A model generated the notes under the pieces. The model was not told the DNA's origin. It did no database searches and saw only the letters and a list, made by a program, of their open reading frames with translations. Both the position numbers and the translations under genes were made by a program. Below are positions 62,645-64,000 of a stretch of 64,000 nt of DNA, in pieces (position 1 is the stretch's first letter; the number at the start of each line of letters is the position of its first letter). Source of the stretch: Takakia lepidozioides (Eukaryota > Plantae > Bryophyta). Where the stretch lies: NCBI GenBank assembly GCA_030704615.1, contig CM060734.1, positions 58,590,001 through 58,654,000 of the forward strand. Reading direction: 5' to 3'.

Positions 62645-63002
62645 TGATTGAAAACTGAAAACACACTGTTGACACAAGAAACATGAAAACCAACAGCATC
62701 ACTCATCACTCTTTAAAATATAAGTTGAGCCAGGGGCACCCCAAGCTATGGGGACTCCACCCCACAACAACCTATCCTCCCTTCATAAGCACACTCAGCT
62801 TCTAAAGCGTGAAGGAGCTCGGTCGCGCAGGCTCAACTCGAGAGAGATGAGCTGCGCGACTGACGCTCTCGTGAAGATAAGACGGTTCAGGTGTCAAACT
62901 AAACTTGACACCTGATTTAACACTTGACCTAAATCCAAGTGTTAAATACAAATAACTAGCTTTATTCTAGTTAGTTTCACACCGTGCTTATTTAACTTGA
63001 CA
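62645..63002 (-). repeat. 5' terminal repeat X of the outer Gypsy
   Basis: Minus strand TGTCAAG...CAATCA; matches 1751-2106. Confidence 0.95.
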
Positions 63003-63200
63003 ACATCGCTATTGAATACTGGAAGATTTATACCTTTAAACTGCTCCGGTAGCCCTCTCAACATTTCTCACAGTACCCCGGTCATATTTGTCCACCTCAG
63101 TAAACCTATTTACACTGCAACCATCAGCCACTTCTGGTCCCCCTCCTTTGTTCCGTCCGACAAGCGGATTAAATTCCGGTTCTTTGCATCCACGCCATAA
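63003..63200 (+). mobile_element. LINE ORF1 3' part
   Basis: In-frame continuation of ORF 497-1661. Confidence 0.7.
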
Positions 63201-63237
63201 AATGAGTCAAGTCCCCTCAGCCTGTCGCCAGCCCTAG

Positions 63238-64000
63238 ATGCAGGTTAGTTTGTCCTCATGGAATATCCATGGCCTCGGTTCAGATCAGATGGCTCTTAAA
63301 AAAATTAAGCTATCAGCCTGGCTGAGACCACTTCTCCCCTCTCTCTCTATTGTCTTTCTTCAGGAACACAAGCTATGTGATAGGAAAATTAGGAACCTTA
63401 CAAACCAGCTCTGGCCTAGGGATTCAGCCCTATGGAAACCCTCCTATGAAGGATAAAGGGGAGGCACTGCCATCCTCCTCTCGCCTTCCCTAAAGCAGTT
63501 TCTCATTAAAGACGAGGTCTGGGTGGAAGGGAGAGTGCAGTTCTGCTCTCTCCTCTTTCCCAATGACTCTGAGCCAATTGGCTTTATTAACATTTATGCT
63601 CCCAATGAACCAGCTCCTAGAGCCGCACTTTGGGATAAAACCCGCCAGCTAATGTCTCTGCATTTCGACATCAACAGATGGGTCATGGCTGGAGATTTCA
63701 ACATGGTAGAAAATGAATACAATAGGAAAGGAAAAGGCCCCCACCACCTAAGCCCTGAGGAAGACTTGGCCTGGCAGGGTCTGTTGCAAACTCACAGCCT
63801 GGCAGAAATAGACCGTCCGCCGCCTCATCCCGTAGGCACCTCCCCGTTCTTCACTTGGACCAACAACAGAGATGTCCACGATCTTAGCATGGCTAGACTG
63901 GATAGATTTTACACCTCTCTCTCGCTCTCACTAGCCACCTTCTCCTGCCCCCAGAAACCGATCCCCCTTGGTTTTGATCACGCTCTCATCTCAGCCATTC
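63238..64000 (+). mobile_element. LINE ORF2 APE endonuclease domain; premature stop at 63454; runs off the window
   Basis: SWNIHGL, FLQEHK, GGTAIL, NIYAPN, AGDFN, FTW, RLDRFY motifs. Confidence 0.92.

Larger units (their letters stand above)
1662..63002 (-). mobile_element. Ty3/Gypsy retrotransposon with split/permuted terminal repeats and about 51 kb of nested material
   Basis: TSD ACAT at 1658-1661 and 63003-63006; termini TGTC...GACA; 356-bp repeat at 1751-2106 and 62647-63002; gag/protease at 56.3-59.2 kb and RT/RH/INT at 2.45-5.3 kb, all on the minus strand. Confidence 0.9.

Noticed and set aside
1662-63002. DIRS/Ngaro/PAT tyrosine-recombinase element, suggested by the split direct repeats
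   Set aside because: No tyrosine recombinase is seen; a DDE integrase, a protease and a TSD are present.

Overview
Repeat-dense nuclear DNA, probably from a non-seed land plant (PPR-DYW pseudogenes, plastid ACP, bryophyte-like transposons). Almost the whole window (1662-63002) is one insertion into the ORF1 of a LINE. It has a 4-bp TSD (ACAT) and TGTC...GACA termini, and removing it restores the LINE ORF1 frame. The insertion is a minus-strand Ty3/Gypsy element with gag and protease at about 56.3-59.2 kb and RT-RNaseH-integrase-PHD at about 2.45-5.3 kb. Its termini are not ordinary LTRs. They form a split, circularly permuted direct repeat, X-[PBS...PPT]-Y-gc-X-Y. The PBS is complementary to the LTR itself (self-priming type), and both repeat junctions are 10-bp palindromes. 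This layout is what integration of a 2-LTR circle cut at an internal att site would produce. Inside the element lie about 51 kb of other material: a chromovirus-type Gypsy, a complete 12.8-kb CACTA nested in another CACTA and carrying an FCP1-like phosphatase domain, LINE fragments, a Helitron/Helentron remnant next to an intact intronless acyl carrier protein gene, PPR pseudogenes and a MULE-like transposase. An intronless exportin-7 fragment sits antisense in the element's leader. All identifications were made by eye from motifs; no searches were run.
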